A stretch of 64,000 nucleotides of DNA, taken from Lama glama (lineage: Eukaryota). A model generated the notes under the pieces. It saw only the letters and a list, made by a program, of their open reading frames with translations. It did no database searches and was not told the origin of the DNA. This document shows, piece after piece, positions 38,345-51,399 of this stretch. Made by a program: the position numbers and the translations under genes. The stretch is from NCBI GenBank assembly GCA_028534125.1, contig CM052818.1:39620001-39684000 (forward strand), given 5' to 3'. Every line of letters starts with the position of its first letter. Position 1 is the first letter of the stretch.

Positions 38345-39025
38345 TATATAAATTAGTTTATGCACCTATTAGGTACTGAATGCCTACCTTAAGACTATTG
38401 AGAGCAGTAAGAAATGGTGGTACCCAGTGTAGCAGGAAGATGGTTATGTAAACAAACACAGTGAAAAGTGAGAAGTGAAGTCACAGAGCTCTATGTGGTG
38501 CTATGGAGAAGAAAAGAAGGAGTTAACCCAACAGGAGGGGCGAGGCTGGAGATTATCAGGGAAGGCTTCATGGAGGCAGTAACATTTGAGCTGAATTTCC
38601 AAGGTTCTGTAGTGCTTTCCCAGACAAACAAGGAGGCTACTCACACAGAGAAATGGAAGTGTGAGAAATCAGGTGTTTGATGGAACAGTGACAAATTTCA
38701 GGCCAAAGCATAGGGGGCATAGGAACATGTGTGCTGAGGGACGTGTGAAGTTCAGAGGATGATGGATCTTGTGTACCAGGTTGAGGGTTTGGATGTTATC
38801 CTCCAGGAAAGAGGAGCCTACTGATGGCTCTCAAACTGGGGGATGATGCAATCATATTTCTACTTAAGGTTGATGACTTGAGGGTAGGGGAGGAGACGGG
38901 GAGCATGACGGGGCCGGTGCTGGAATGGAGAGGCACTAACAGGGGGCACTAGGAAGAAAGTGCTGTAGTAAGAGCACTAGGTAGACTTGATAGGGAATGG
39001 GGAGCAATTAGATGTGAGAGACTGA
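38345..39025 (-). mobile_element. L2 LINE
   Basis: tcagggaaggcttcatggaggcagtaacatttgagctga...tttggatgttatcct. Confidence 0.75.
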
Positions 39026-40369
39026 ATAATGATAAACAATAAATTAATGTAGGCCACCAACTAGCTTTAAAAAAAAATACAGTGGTCTCTCCTGACTTAA
39101 CCAAATTAAGCCAAAAATGTTTAGCCTGACATTCAACACCGTCAAGAATTTGGGTCCAATGTATCTTTCTGACATGATTTTCCAATATTCCTCTGATGGA
39201 GGAAAAAGTAGAGGAATGCTAGTTGCTTTCTCTGTGTTTTCTTGATTCCCTGTCATCCCCTGTTGCTCAAGCTGTTTTCTCTGCACCGACACCCCTTTGA
39301 ACACTTCTGGGCCAAAGCCAATGGGCCAACAAGTCCATGTTCCTTTGTCATCTCCCCAGTGGAATAGAATCTCCCTGCTCTTGGAGATTTCACAGGACCC
39401 TGAGTTTACTTCTCTCATTTCACTTATTTCTGTAGTGCTTTGTATTCGTTTCCTAGTCTTCTCTCTTCTCCTGTCCCTTTATCAACTAAGATATAATCTT
39501 CTTGAGGACTGAGATTCTCTTTTTCATGTTTTCAGTCCCCTTTCACACCTCACATAGGGAACATTGTCCATTACAGTTACAAAGTAAAGTTTTTCAAACT
39601 AGGGAGCTTTACTTTGGCTGAATTTCCCTAATTACATGAAGTAAAGTGCAGAATTAGAACATTTGAGACAGATAATCCAAATGAAGGTATCTACTTTGAC
39701 CATGATATCTGGTCATGGCTAAGTGAAATCTCATGACAGTATTAACTTACACAGGATTTACTAATTGAGCAAAGGAAAACATATAAAGTTTTATGCTCTC
39801 CAACATTGATTCTGTCAATAAATCTTGGTTATATTTGGCACATCTCAAAGAGGCCAACAGATTGTAAAGATGTTATTGATAAGATCCCATAAGCTTATAT
39901 CCTGCTATTAATTTTTATGCCAAATTCCAATTGGCTTTAATGAGAACTCTGATTTTTCTTTTAAGATTATAATTCCATAAAAGTTCTAAGTGAATTTGTT
40001 TTTAGTTCTATAGTGAGTTATATGTGGATACAAGTAGAAAAAAGTGTTTTTGGACATCTTTATGGACCATATGTGTTTATTCATTTAGAGATATTTGAGT
40101 AGAAACTCCCCTCAAAGACCCCAAACATGACACATGACATGAATGTTTGCATCATTACTATTTTATTTCTCAATATGATTATCATTATGCTATTTATATG
40201 GTGTTTGTCTTTGAGTGGCAATGTGTACATCTGTTAAAAAATAAAAAAGAAGTGTTTCATCTCTGCATGGTTCTTAAAGATGGCTGTTACTGCCACTTAA
40301 CTTATATGGAACCAAAAGATGAAGAGGTGAAGCTAATTGATTGAGGTAATCGGGACTGTCTTTGGCAAG

Positions 40370-40860
40370 ATTTTAGCACAATCTTCAAAGCCTAGTTCAG
40401 TCCCACTTCCTCCCAATAGGTCAGCCTGGCTATTCTGAGCCACGTTGATCAATGGCTCTGTGTCACTCTCTGCTTTGTGGATGTTGGTCTTGTCTGTCTA
40501 TCTAGACTGCAAGTTCTTTAGGGATATGAAAACTCACGTTTATTGAGCACTTAGTGTGTGCCAGGTACTAGGGATAGAGAAAGGAATAACCCAGTACAGC
40601 ACCTTCTCAAAGTCTGGCCAACACAGGAAGGTAAACCCATACCTACAGTCTGTTGGGAAGAGTGATTTTATGGAGAAAAGCATGGGATGTCATTGACTTG
40701 CAGAGAGGAGGCTGCTAACACAAGCTAACTGTTTATAGTTGATGGAACAGAGGCTCACAGAGGACAGGTAACTTGTCTCATACTGGCCCAGTAAATGGTT
40801 ATTGCAGGAATTGAACCCCAATTGTGAAACCCCAGGCCAAAGCTTCTTTCTTCATATCAT
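40370..40860. mobile_element. Cluster of L2 (+ then -) and MIR (-) fragments
   Basis: ctagactgcaagttcttt; tttattgagcacttagtgtgtgccaggtact; acagaggctcacagagg...aacttgtc. Confidence 0.65.
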
Positions 40861-41299
40861 TACCTCCCTTGCACACCTGACTGTGTCTTACGTGTTTGTG
40901 TCCTGTGCCCCTATAAGACAGTTGCCAGGACCAAGGAAATGGTTGTTTTGTGGAGTTACTGAATAGGAGTTGATGTCGTTTCTTTCTGTATTTCATGCCA
41001 AATATTAAATTAATGCTAAATGACTCACTAAAGCATTTGCATGTTTTCAAAAGGTAAAAATCATCCTGGAGGCATGCTTTTCTGGAATGAGGGAGGTTGG
41101 GGGACGGTCAAGACAGACTATTGCTCTATTTTTCTTGTACCAATGGAATTGAAAGAAAAAAAAACAAACAAACAAGGCCACTGTTTAACCCATAAAGATG
41201 GAAATTGGGCAGAACTGGGGTCCTGCAGTGAGTGATGGGGAGAGAGCTGTTGCACAATTAGAGGATGGACTTTGAAAGCGTGGGGTTGGCTGCTTGTAT

Positions 41300-41900
41300 C
41301 TTCTATCAATTTCGCCTCTGTTTTTATGGGTCAGACAGGGAAGATTCAAGTGCAGGGTGAATTCTGGACATAAGTGGCCCATTTATAATGCCCATCGCTC
41401 CATCATGAACCCTCCCACTCAGGCCTGGAAATGCAAAGCCCAGCATCTTCCATCTGCTCCAAGTTATTTATGATGATGCCTCTAATTATGTCCAATTGAG
41501 TTGCTGTCGATGATTAAAGGTAATAGGTAATAATAACTTGGCCTCATCATTACCACCATTATTATTAGCTCATTGATTGCAATAATTTCTAAAATTACCC
41601 CTTGGAATAAAATATGTTAAGCACCTGGTTTATCCTTTTTTAGGAACATCTGCTCTAAATGTGTGATAGTGTAGGACCGAACGTGTCTTGCTCTGAAAGG
41701 AAAGCAAACAATGTTGACATTGGGAGTCTTGTCTGTGCTGGTATGAATATATTGTGAGATGATGAGAGGAGGAAATAATGATCAGTCTCAAGTTCAATGC
41801 TGGAATTAGAGCTGTTAAAAAAAAAAGGGAAAGAAACACACACACGCAGAGAATATCCTACAGCTACTGCAATCTCTGCTCCTTCTTTGGAAAAATTCAC
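41300..41900. promoter_or_regulatory. Candidate highly conserved enhancer (core ~41455-41670)
   Basis: Repeat-free AT-rich block with dense TAAT/ATTA cores (CTAATTA, TGATTAAA, TAATAATAA, ATTATTATTAG) and CATTGATTG; composition typical of deeply conserved elements. Conservation not tested. Confidence 0.55.
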
Positions 41901-42370
41901 ATCTTCAAAGTAGCCCAGATCTCTGCCACAGCGGTGCGTCTCCTGGCCTGTATAAGCAGGACTTTCGGTATGTGGTGAGTGGGAGGGGTGGGAGGTGGGG
42001 AGGAGGAATGGTGGAGCCAGAAATGCCGGTGGAGAGGAGAGGGCAGTGGTCTATAGGGATCCTTTGAGGAAGATCCTCTTGCTAATACCGTGTTCTTGCC
42101 TTGGTTCTGGAAATCCCACTGCTGGCCTTTTATTCTTGTTGATTAAGGTTCTCCAGGCTTTCTTTGGGTATGAGAGTCTGCCCTGTGGGGCTGCACTGTA
42201 TGTTTGGGATGTCTTGGTATGCTTTAGTTCATGACATGCTTCCCTCCTTTATAGGGTTGGAAGTCACTGTGGGGACAGACGCTGCATGTTCTTGGTGGTG
42301 TAAGGTGCTTACGGAGAAAGAGGATCTAGAATGGTACTTATAATATGGCTCCTTCAAATGTCTAGCCTGC

Positions 42371-42579
42371 CTGCACCGTCCAGTGTGGTAGCCACTACCC
42401 ACATGTGGCTATTTGTATTTAAATTAATTACAATGATATAAAACTGAAAATCCCTTTGTTAGTTGCACCAATCTCATTTCCAAAGCTCAATAGCCAGTAG
42501 TGTCCAGTGGCTACCATTTTGGTCAATGAAAAATATAGAACATTTCCATCATCACAGAAAGTGCTATGAAACAGTGCTG
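42371..42579 (-). mobile_element. MER3 (hAT-Charlie), full length
   Basis: ctgcaccgtccagtgtggtagccactacccacatgtggctattt...tatagaacatttccatcatcacagaaagtgctatgaaacagtgctg matches MER3 end to end. Confidence 0.92.
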
Positions 42580-42774
42580 GTGGACTGTTAGAAATATTTA
42601 CTGAGTAGGGATTGAATATGGTGAACTTCTGCCAGGTGCTAATTGCTGATTTTCCATAGGAGCCCCCAAAAGGTGTGAGTAACTGAATCACATATAATCC
42701 ATCCCAGCTTTTGAGGACTCGGATTCTTTAAAAAAAAAAAAAGCAAGATACATACCTTTGTGTATAATATAGTG

Positions 42775-42990
42775 AGTGTTTAAGAATGAACTGCTCTCAT
42801 ATTTGTTGTCTCATTTACTGCTCATCATTATACTGAGAGAGTGGATTATGCCCATTTTCATATCAATAAAATGAGGCCCAGAGAGGCTGGATAATTTATC
42901 CAAGGCCACACAGACCTCCAGTGGCAGCTAGCATGCCATATTAAGTGGTAGAGCCAGCCAGGCCTTTAGAATCCTATTTCATTGCCTTCT
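42775..42990 (-). mobile_element. MIR SINE
   Basis: ttatgcccattttcatatcaataaaatgaggcccagagagg...ccaaggccacacag. Confidence 0.75.
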
Positions 42991-45900
42991 CCTAAATATT
43001 CCACATAAAACATGGAAACATAGGCGTATTTACTCTCTGTATGGGGTATTCTGCCTCAGATAAACACAGTTACATCATGATCAGACCAAATGCAAATTAA
43101 ACCTGGGACATGAAGACAAAAATATTTGCAATTTTCAAAATTCTAAATTAAGTTACTTCTGAAAATCTCTTACACTGGGTCAAGAAAATTCAATTCATTT
43201 TTAAAAAATAGCTATTGATTAATGATGAATTTAAAATATTCATTGAGATTAACACAAAATAGGTTTTTTAACTTCATAAATCTTGCCCCATTTTGGAATC
43301 ACAGTGATGGAAATTTAGCTTCCCTTCTATTTTTAAGTCTTTGCTTTTTCTCTCTGCTTTGACCAGGTGATCAGTTCCCTGCAGTCAAGTGTGGCTGGAC
43401 TGCTCTGCCCAGATTTAGGCGGCTCCCAGACCCAGTGCCATAGTACCTCTGGTTTTTCAGGGGCTTTGCATATAAACCTTCTGATTGAATTCACAGAAAC
43501 CAAGGAATATATATGTCATAGTATATAAGTACTTGTGGAACTTCTATGTGACTCTAGGGGCAGGATTTGGCCCTGGCATCCAAGCCTTTAAATACTGTCA
43601 GGGTCCCTGAAGAATGTCACATTTCAGGAAAGAGCTCTAGTCACGTTGTATCATTAACTTTACAGAGTGTTGTGGAATAACATTTAGTTTGATTCTCATA
43701 GAATGAAGGTGCAAGTCCACATGCATAATTTAAAAATAAAAATCCCTTCTCTGGTACCATATAAATATATGCCAGGTGTGAAAGGAGGACTGAAATGGTC
43801 TCTAGGGATGTTCTCATGAAGGGGGCTGGCTTTCAGCAGCTCCTCCCAGCCCCGGGGGCGCTCATGGCAGTTGCCGCCTGTCTCCACTGATTGCTGTTGC
43901 ATCTGATGTTGTTCTTGGGGACTTTTCGGGGATCCCCTTCATGATCCCCACCCTCTCTTTCTCCTCCATAAGTAAAAATAAAAAGCAAATTTCTGGAGGC
44001 TCAGACTGGGATATATTGCCTCCTTTATTGGGTTGCGATGCAGAAAAGATCAGATGAGATAGTTAAGAAAGTTCTATATTAACTTCTGCACTACACTAGC
44101 GTAAGGGAGTCATTCCCTTATTTACAGAAGAGTTTCAGCTTCAGCTAATGAATTGAATGCTAAGAAACTCAATGCTAAGATGAAGATTTCTGGACTGTCA
44201 TCTCTAAACAGTGGATAAGTAGCTGGCTGACTTGGAACCATGGGAGGCGAATATATCAGGAAGCATTTATGTCAACATTCCCTTCCTTCTGTCCTCAGTT
44301 AGGCATCCTGTCTTTGACATGTGGACCTCCATTTCTTTTAGAAGCATCCAAAGATAGTTCACTGCACACCTGGGCCTCCCTCAGGAAACAGGATGGGCAA
44401 AATTCTCTCCCGCTCCTCCAAACTCCCCCTCTGAACCCTCTTTCCTCCTTTGAGGGTCCCCACCTCCTTTCTGACCTCACTGCTTTACTGCTTCTCAAGG
44501 TTGCCCATGTCATAGAGGAAAAAGAATACAGTAATGTCTTCACGGTGAAGTGTTAGCAGCTCACCAGGGTCCTTACCCAGGTACGTCGGCATTGTTAAGG
44601 ATAAACCAGCGAGGGAAAGGTTTTTTTCAAAGGAGTAAATAAAGTCAGGGTTTTAGATGCCGTAGCCCAGGATCCTGAGAAAAGCTGCAGGTGAAGATCT
44701 TCACCAACGTTGGGACTCTCGCATAAGTTTGATCCTTGTCTTGCCAGCCGCGCTTGGCTGAGAGAGGAGGGAGGAAGCCTCTGTGGGGCCTAAGCATCAG
44801 TCAGGAGGACCTAAATGAGAAGTCTGGAGTGGGGGAGGCCCGCAGCCACAGAGCACTTGGAAGAGGAATAGGAACATGTGGTCCACTTGTGATCTGTGTT
44901 TACTCGTCTGTCTGGTGTGTCTGAGAAGAGGGCGCAGGCCAGCCAGAGGTCGGCGAGTCAAAACCCTTTGAAGACAGACCCAGCTTCTGAAATGGCTCTG
45001 GCATCCCCTTGCTGGCCCGGGGTCCTACAGTAGTCTGCATGCTTCTCAGCCCATCACCTGGTGCGTGTGTGTCATCTACAACTTTCACTGGTGGAAACGC
45101 AGGTATGCAAAACTGTGATGTTCTTCAGTTTTATGGAACGAAACACTTCCTCTCTTGAGCCCCTTTCTGCCTGATAGCAGGAACTTTAGTTGCTCTAGGC
45201 AGACTTAAAGTAAAATCAGTGTTCTTCCTTTCACCCCTCATCAGCCCAGAGTGGCATCTAAATGTTTTCGGGAGGTGGGTGGTATGCACGTAATGGTTTT
45301 ACAGCTGCTGTGGTTGTTCTTGCCCTCTGTGGTCGCAGTCACACTGTATCTCTCTTGCTGGTGTTCAGGATCCATCCATGGCCTCAGGCTAGTCCCACCT
45401 GTGCCATCGCTGCAGATGGCAGCCTGTCATCAGGCCTCTTCTGATCCAAAACCTCCCTTAAGGATGTAGGGTGTTTGGATGCTCTCCCGTATCCCTAGGG
45501 CTGTAGGACATTCAAAAGACTATCTCAGTCTTTCTTCCTAATTAGTCCCAGCTTTTTCTCCCAGTTCACTGCCTGGGGGTGCAGAGGACATCTGAGAGGC
45601 TCTTGACTCAGCCTACTGGAAGACAGGTGAGATGCCAGTCCTCTCTCTTCCAAGAACTGGTTCCCTCCACTACAGGTTATGTCACCTTCCTCTAGGTCAG
45701 GGCCTAATGTATGTGAGGGGAGATGGGGACATGAGGTCCCTTCCCTGAGACCTACGCAGTGACTGCTAAATCTTGCCCCCTTTTCCATCTCAGCTCTCTT
45801 CTTTCTCCAGCAGATTGAATTCATGTAATTTTTGGAGGAAAATCTGCCTTCTGCTAACACTACTATTTATAGTATAAGATTTGTGTTCTGATTCCATCCA

Positions 45901-47872
45901 AGTTGTTGAAGACTCAAAAATCCTTTTCTCTATAATAAAAGCCTGGCTCTCACGATGAAAGCTTTGGCTCTTGAGGGTATGCTCTGCATTTTTTGAGTAT
46001 ATTTTAGAAATAAAAAGTCAAGATTTGATTCTTCTGTTTTCTGCATTCTCTCCTTTCCCTAAAGTGGTAAGAGGATTGGTGGATTTGACTAGGGGAGAAA
46101 TGTGGCAGACCATAACAACTAGATAAAGAAGTTTAGTTTTAGTTGGATTGGGAGTGAAGGGCATGGGAATTTGGGAGTGGGGTAGGAGAGGAAGGTGTTG
46201 GGGTTACAATCGTGTCTGATGTGATGAACGTTGGCTTTAAAGAATACGGGTTTGGTACACTCAAGATTCAGGCCACAGGAAGGATGGCACATGAATTTTC
46301 ATTCCCGAAGATCCACATACCATAAAGATTGGAAATTACCAGGACAATTATTTATTTGTATAGTGGTGATAAGTCTGGATTAAAAAAATCCCCTAAAATC
46401 CAGAATATTTAATTAAACAAACAAATGATATTGTGTTAGTCTCTGTGTATTGTGCGCAGATACATGTAGCTTTGTGCATCCACCTTCGTGACTTTTATTT
46501 ATGGGGCAATTGATATGGATTTAATGAAATGATTTATGATTTGTTTTCTTGGAATTACCAAATCATGTTTCTACGAAATGCCAGGGGCTAACAATAGGAA
46601 TCTCAGCTTCTTAGGAATAGTCATACTGCACAGAGAGAAAAAGGTCTTGTGGCATCAATTTAGGAACACGTTTAGTTTTTTCTCGATCCAGTGGCCCAGG
46701 AAAAATTGGTGACCAGGCATTATTTTGCTGAGATGCGTAAGAAACTCATTGAAAAACTAATCAGCTCTCTATTGAGAATAGAGACCACAGCAGCCGCGTG
46801 TTTTATAAGCCTTTACTTTATTCAGTGAGGAGATTGCCTTATGCCACTGAGACTAGGAGTTGGTTAGGGATAATGCAGTTCAGGTTTTCCCGTAATTGTA
46901 TAGAAATGCCCTGGGTGAAATGTATGGGTCTGGAAAAGATCAGAACTGACAATGCTCAGTGACTTCTGATTTTCCAACCCATCAGAATGCCCAGGGGTTT
47001 CTCCTTGGCCAGCTCCTCGTCAAGCTTGGAGTCGGTAAAGTCCTTAGTAGATAAAGCAATGCTTCTCACTCTGGGCTGTCACTGAAATCTAAAAGGAATA
47101 GAATGTGTATTTGGTCAATGGAATTGGCAAACAGAGCAGGCTTCTGGGGCATCTGGACATTGTTCATCCTGAAACCTATTTGTTCATTGAGAAATGAACA
47201 ATCAGGAAAGCTTCTGCGTTTGGGGGATATTTGCAAAACGAGCTCTTTCAGGTCGGGTTTGGCTGCAGTCCCATGTGAAGCAGTCACACTTCTTACTCAG
47301 AAGATTTTGAATAAACCAGGAGAGCTTGGCTCCTCAGACTGTTTGATCTTTGTTGCATTGCCCACTTCTGCCGATCCTGACATCTGGAATGTAAATTAGG
47401 ACTACACATTTAATATTTCTGTTTAATGTTCATTATCGGTCTTCCCCGAAGATCATTATTCAGAATTGGCTGCCAAGGGCCTGCTATTCTAATTGACGGA
47501 GTTCTAATCCAGCATTATGGTTGTCCCTCCCTCTCCCTGAGTAGATCGAGAAAGGAATGGCGCCCTTCTTCAATTTTTGTTGAAAACAGTAAATCATCAG
47601 AGCTGTGTAAGTTGATATTTGTGCTAAGTAGTTCATAAATGTTTGTTGAGTGAGCCATTCTAGAAGCTTCTAGAACATTTCTGTGTAGAAAATTCTTGTT
47701 TGCTCTCTGGGAATTTTGGAGACTCAAACATTCTAAACCACAGACACATCATGTTATGCATCTAGTTTCACTCAGTTCTGTAAAGTTTAATCAGTGTATA
47801 CCGGACCTATATCTCCAAGATGCTACTGGGACTACAAAGAAAAAGAAGGAATACCATATAGTCTTAAGTAAT

Positions 47873-48102
47873 GGTGTAGTTTCTTGCAGATCGCCGCCTT
47901 CTCACTGTGTCCTCTAATGTCCCTCTGTGTGTCCTAATCACCTCTTCTTATAAAGACACCAGTCATACTGGATTAGAGCCCACCCGGTGGGCTTCACTTT
48001 AACTCAGTTACCTCTTTAAAGACCCTGTGCAGTCACATCCTGAGGTACTGGGGGTTAGGCTTCAACATGGATTTTGGGGGGGACACAATTTAGCCACTAA
48101 CA
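47873..48102 (-). mobile_element. MLT1B-like MaLR solo LTR with internal deletion, inside an antisense L2 (~47785-48290)
   Basis: ctcttcttataaagacaccagtcatactggattagagcccacc...ctgaggtactgggggttagg...acacaatttagccactaaca; flanks gtaat/gtaac. Confidence 0.88.
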
Positions 48103-48402
48103 GTAACTTCTAGTAGTAGAGGAGACACTATACACATAATGACTATTATTGCAAACATAGAATCAGCCAAATGCAGGCGCAAAGTTCCACCGGTGGGGGT
48201 TGAGAGAAGAGACTACTCCCATCTGTTTGCAAGAACTGGGGAGCTCATTCTGATGAAATGGTTTTGAGATGGATATTGACGACTTCAAAGAATGAACTAT
48301 TAAACTGAGTTACAAAATTGCTGTTTTTAAATCAGAAGAGTCAAACACCAGCAGTTTCATGAGGTATGGCAACCTATTTATTTTTCTACTCCTGCTGTAG
48401 GG

Positions 48403-48848
48403 AAAGGCTCGGCTGATTTTTCTGTAAAGAGCCAGATAGTGTTTCAGGCTTTGTGGGCTACGTGGCCTCCTTCACAACTACTCAGCCCCGCTATTGCAGT
48501 GGGGAAATATCCACAGACAGTATGCAAGTAAATGAGCATGGCTGTGTTCCAATAAAACTTTATCTACCAAAACAGGCAGCACACACAGCTAGTTAGTAGA
48601 GGACGGAGGGCAATAATTCAGGTCCTCTGACTTTCAAACAAATGTCCTTTCCTCTTTGCCATGCTAATTTTATTTCCTAGGCACTGGCACATTTCTAAGT
48701 ACATAGGAGAAGGCTTTTTTTTTTTTCAATTCAGAAAAGTCCATTTGGGAAAATAAAAACTTTTAAAACTACACCACACCTCCTACCCGCCCCCCCCAAA
48801 AAAGACCACAGGCTGGATTTAGCCCTGGGCCATAATTTGCTTTCCTTT
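48403..48848 (-). mobile_element. MER58A (hAT-Charlie) in two pieces: 48403-48580 and 48810-48848
   Basis: ttttctgtaaagagccagatagt...ggctgtgttccaataaaactttatctaccaaaacaggcagc, then ggctggatttagccctgggccataatttgc. Confidence 0.88.
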
Positions 48849-49404
48849 ATGTAGGGGAAACTTTAAATTCTCAAAAACGTGTCTTCTCTGGTACTTTCAC
48901 ACCCATGAGCCAGGCTCAGAGTTCCTCTTCTCTGACACGCGGACCCCCTCTGTTCCAAAGTGGAGCCTTCCAATATCCAGAGACTGGAGAGAACAGAAAA
49001 TACCTTGGCTCCAACTCAATGTTGTCATGTGGTAACAGACCACAAACCTAAGCCACTTCCGCCTTGTTGTTTAACTCTTGGCACATGTGTGTTTTGTTTC
49101 GATTTTATTGGCTCTTTAGTGGAACTGCAAAAAGACGTGGGGCCTCCTTTCATCCAGCGAAGAAAAACAAGCAGCCACCTCTCTTTTCACAACCTTCTTG
49201 GTATCCCTGTTGCAGGAAGGGCTCTTTCATAATAGCAGATCTTTCCAGATGACTGAGAATTTCCAGCAAATACAAACAATCCATGGTGGGCGAGAGATAA
49301 TGTATGTAACCACTCCTGTCTTTCATGGGGGGGAAACTGACAATAAATAATATGCAACTTACTAGTGCAGACTCAGTGGTATCACTGGGGACCCCTCTCC
49401 TGTT

Positions 49405-49810
49405 AGTTCTTTATAAGTACTGATAGAGTAGCTGTTTCACACCTTCCAGGGACTGGGGACAGGATGGTAGCCAGGCAAGGCAAGATTCCTTTTCTCATGG
49501 AGCTTTTATTTAAAGGGAAGAAGACAGAAAATAAATAAGTAGAAAGGTATATAAATCATATAGTTTTAAATAGCAATTATTTATAAAGAAACTAAAACAA
49601 GGTAATGGGATGCAGATTGAGGATGGCTATTTAGGAAATGGTGAAGGGATTTCAACAGAGAAGGGGCTAGCGGTGTGACGTGCTGCCTTGGAGAATCACA
49701 GGCAGAGGCAAGAGCCATGCAAAGGCTCTGAGGTGAGACCAGGCTTGGTGCGGTCACAGAACAGCAAGGCCACGGTGGTTGGAGTGGAATGAGGACCTGG
49801 GACATGCTGA
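49405..49810 (-). mobile_element. L2 3' portion
   Basis: ctcatggagctttta...aggcagaggcaagagccatgcaaaggctctgaggtg...agaacagcaaggcc. Confidence 0.75.
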
Positions 49811-51399
49811 GTAGAATAAGACTCCTTGTCCTAGATCCAGATAGCCTCAGACTGATGCACTTTTTAAAGTTCTTGTGTCTTTTTAACATCATTTTCACCC
49901 TTTCCTTTCTATCAGGTTTTCTTAGCGTCTGCCCCACTCTTCTAACGCTCTGCTTCTAGTCACTGGGATGAGAAACTAAATAAATAATTCGTCTTATTAA
50001 AACGTAACATATAAGATCAAGTTGAACGCCAAATGAGGATATGAAAGCCTCTTCTGTGATACAGTTCTTGGGGTGTGTGACAGCCTTTTAGAAACTCACA
50101 TGCCGTTTCCATGCTGAACTCTCAGTCATGTCCTTGCTAGTTAAGGCTGCGGAATGTCCGACTTCTAGGAAGAGAGTGGAGACATGGAAGGAACACAGTC
50201 TCCTTCCTTTATCATCTTATCTCCCACGTCCTGTATCTTTAGAAAGAAATCTAGTAGATTTCTAAAGGAAAAAAAATACTGGCCACTTTCTAATAATCAT
50301 GCCTTCCCAGAATTCCAAATGAGCAGGAAAGACAGTGATGGCCGAACATAGAATTTAATGTCCGTGTAGCTCTTCCTGTGCTGCAGCCCAGCCCTGGCCA
50401 GTCCACGTTTTATGACTGGCTTCTCCTCTTCTCTTTTTCTCTTCATGGAGAAATTCTTAGGAGAATTAGTTAGAGAAAACATCTTTTCTCCCTACTCCTT
50501 CTACTGTGGTTAGTAACAAGAAGACGAACAATAAAATCACTTCTGCTCCTATCTTTGTGGAAGACACAGCATTTGAACAGAGCAGGATTTCAGTCAGGAC
50601 GATGAGCAGGATGTTAAGGGCTAAAGGTACACAATCCTCAGTCTGATCCTGAATGTTTCAGGGACTTGGTTTCTTCTCTGTCGTCCTTTTCTCCCTCATA
50701 GTCTTGTGCTATAGTGTCATACTCTGGGATCCTTTGACCGGAGTCTGTCAATATTGTTTTTTCCTGTGAAACCCAGTTTTTAAAGCTCTGTTTTCACTGA
50801 TTTTACTTTTTCAGAAGCACTAATAACCAGAATACTGTTTGGCATGACCAACACAGATTTTACCATCAGGTGCAGGAGAGAGCTACCACATGAATGACCT
50901 TTGGGACACATATAACCTTGCTACATCCTCCCCAAACCCTTCCTTGAAATTCCATCATAACAGCTATAATATCTGGATTTAACATTTTTGTCTCTCATGA
51001 AAATGTAAATACCCAGAGGAAGTGTAATGCCTTCAACTCTTAAGTATTTACCCCCTAGGGGGAGTTAGACACTTTACTGACCTGCAGTTTTTATAGGAGG
51101 AAGAGAGGAGAGTGTGAAAACACGGGGATGCCTGAAGCTCAGGAAGTCACAGTTGATGTTGGTGGTAGTTTTGGTGGAAGGGAAGGGAAGATTTGAGGGA
51201 GAAGACTCAAAAAGAAGGGCTGGCTACACCAAAGACAGGCTTGGCTGACTTCACAGTCATCCATAGCTCTGGCCCCAGGAGGTATCACTGGGCCAACTGA
51301 CCCCTTCTTTGGTTTTTCAGTCCTGGTCTCTTTGGTTTTGTATTATTGGTTTCCATCCCTCTGCCCAATCCACCATATCCTAGCCAAGCACCTCCACCC

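Noticed and set aside
51051..51065. CTCF-like palindrome CCCCCTAGGGGGAG (weaker matches near 12929 and 59336)
   Set aside because: Mismatches at informative positions; cannot be supported without motif scoring or ChIP
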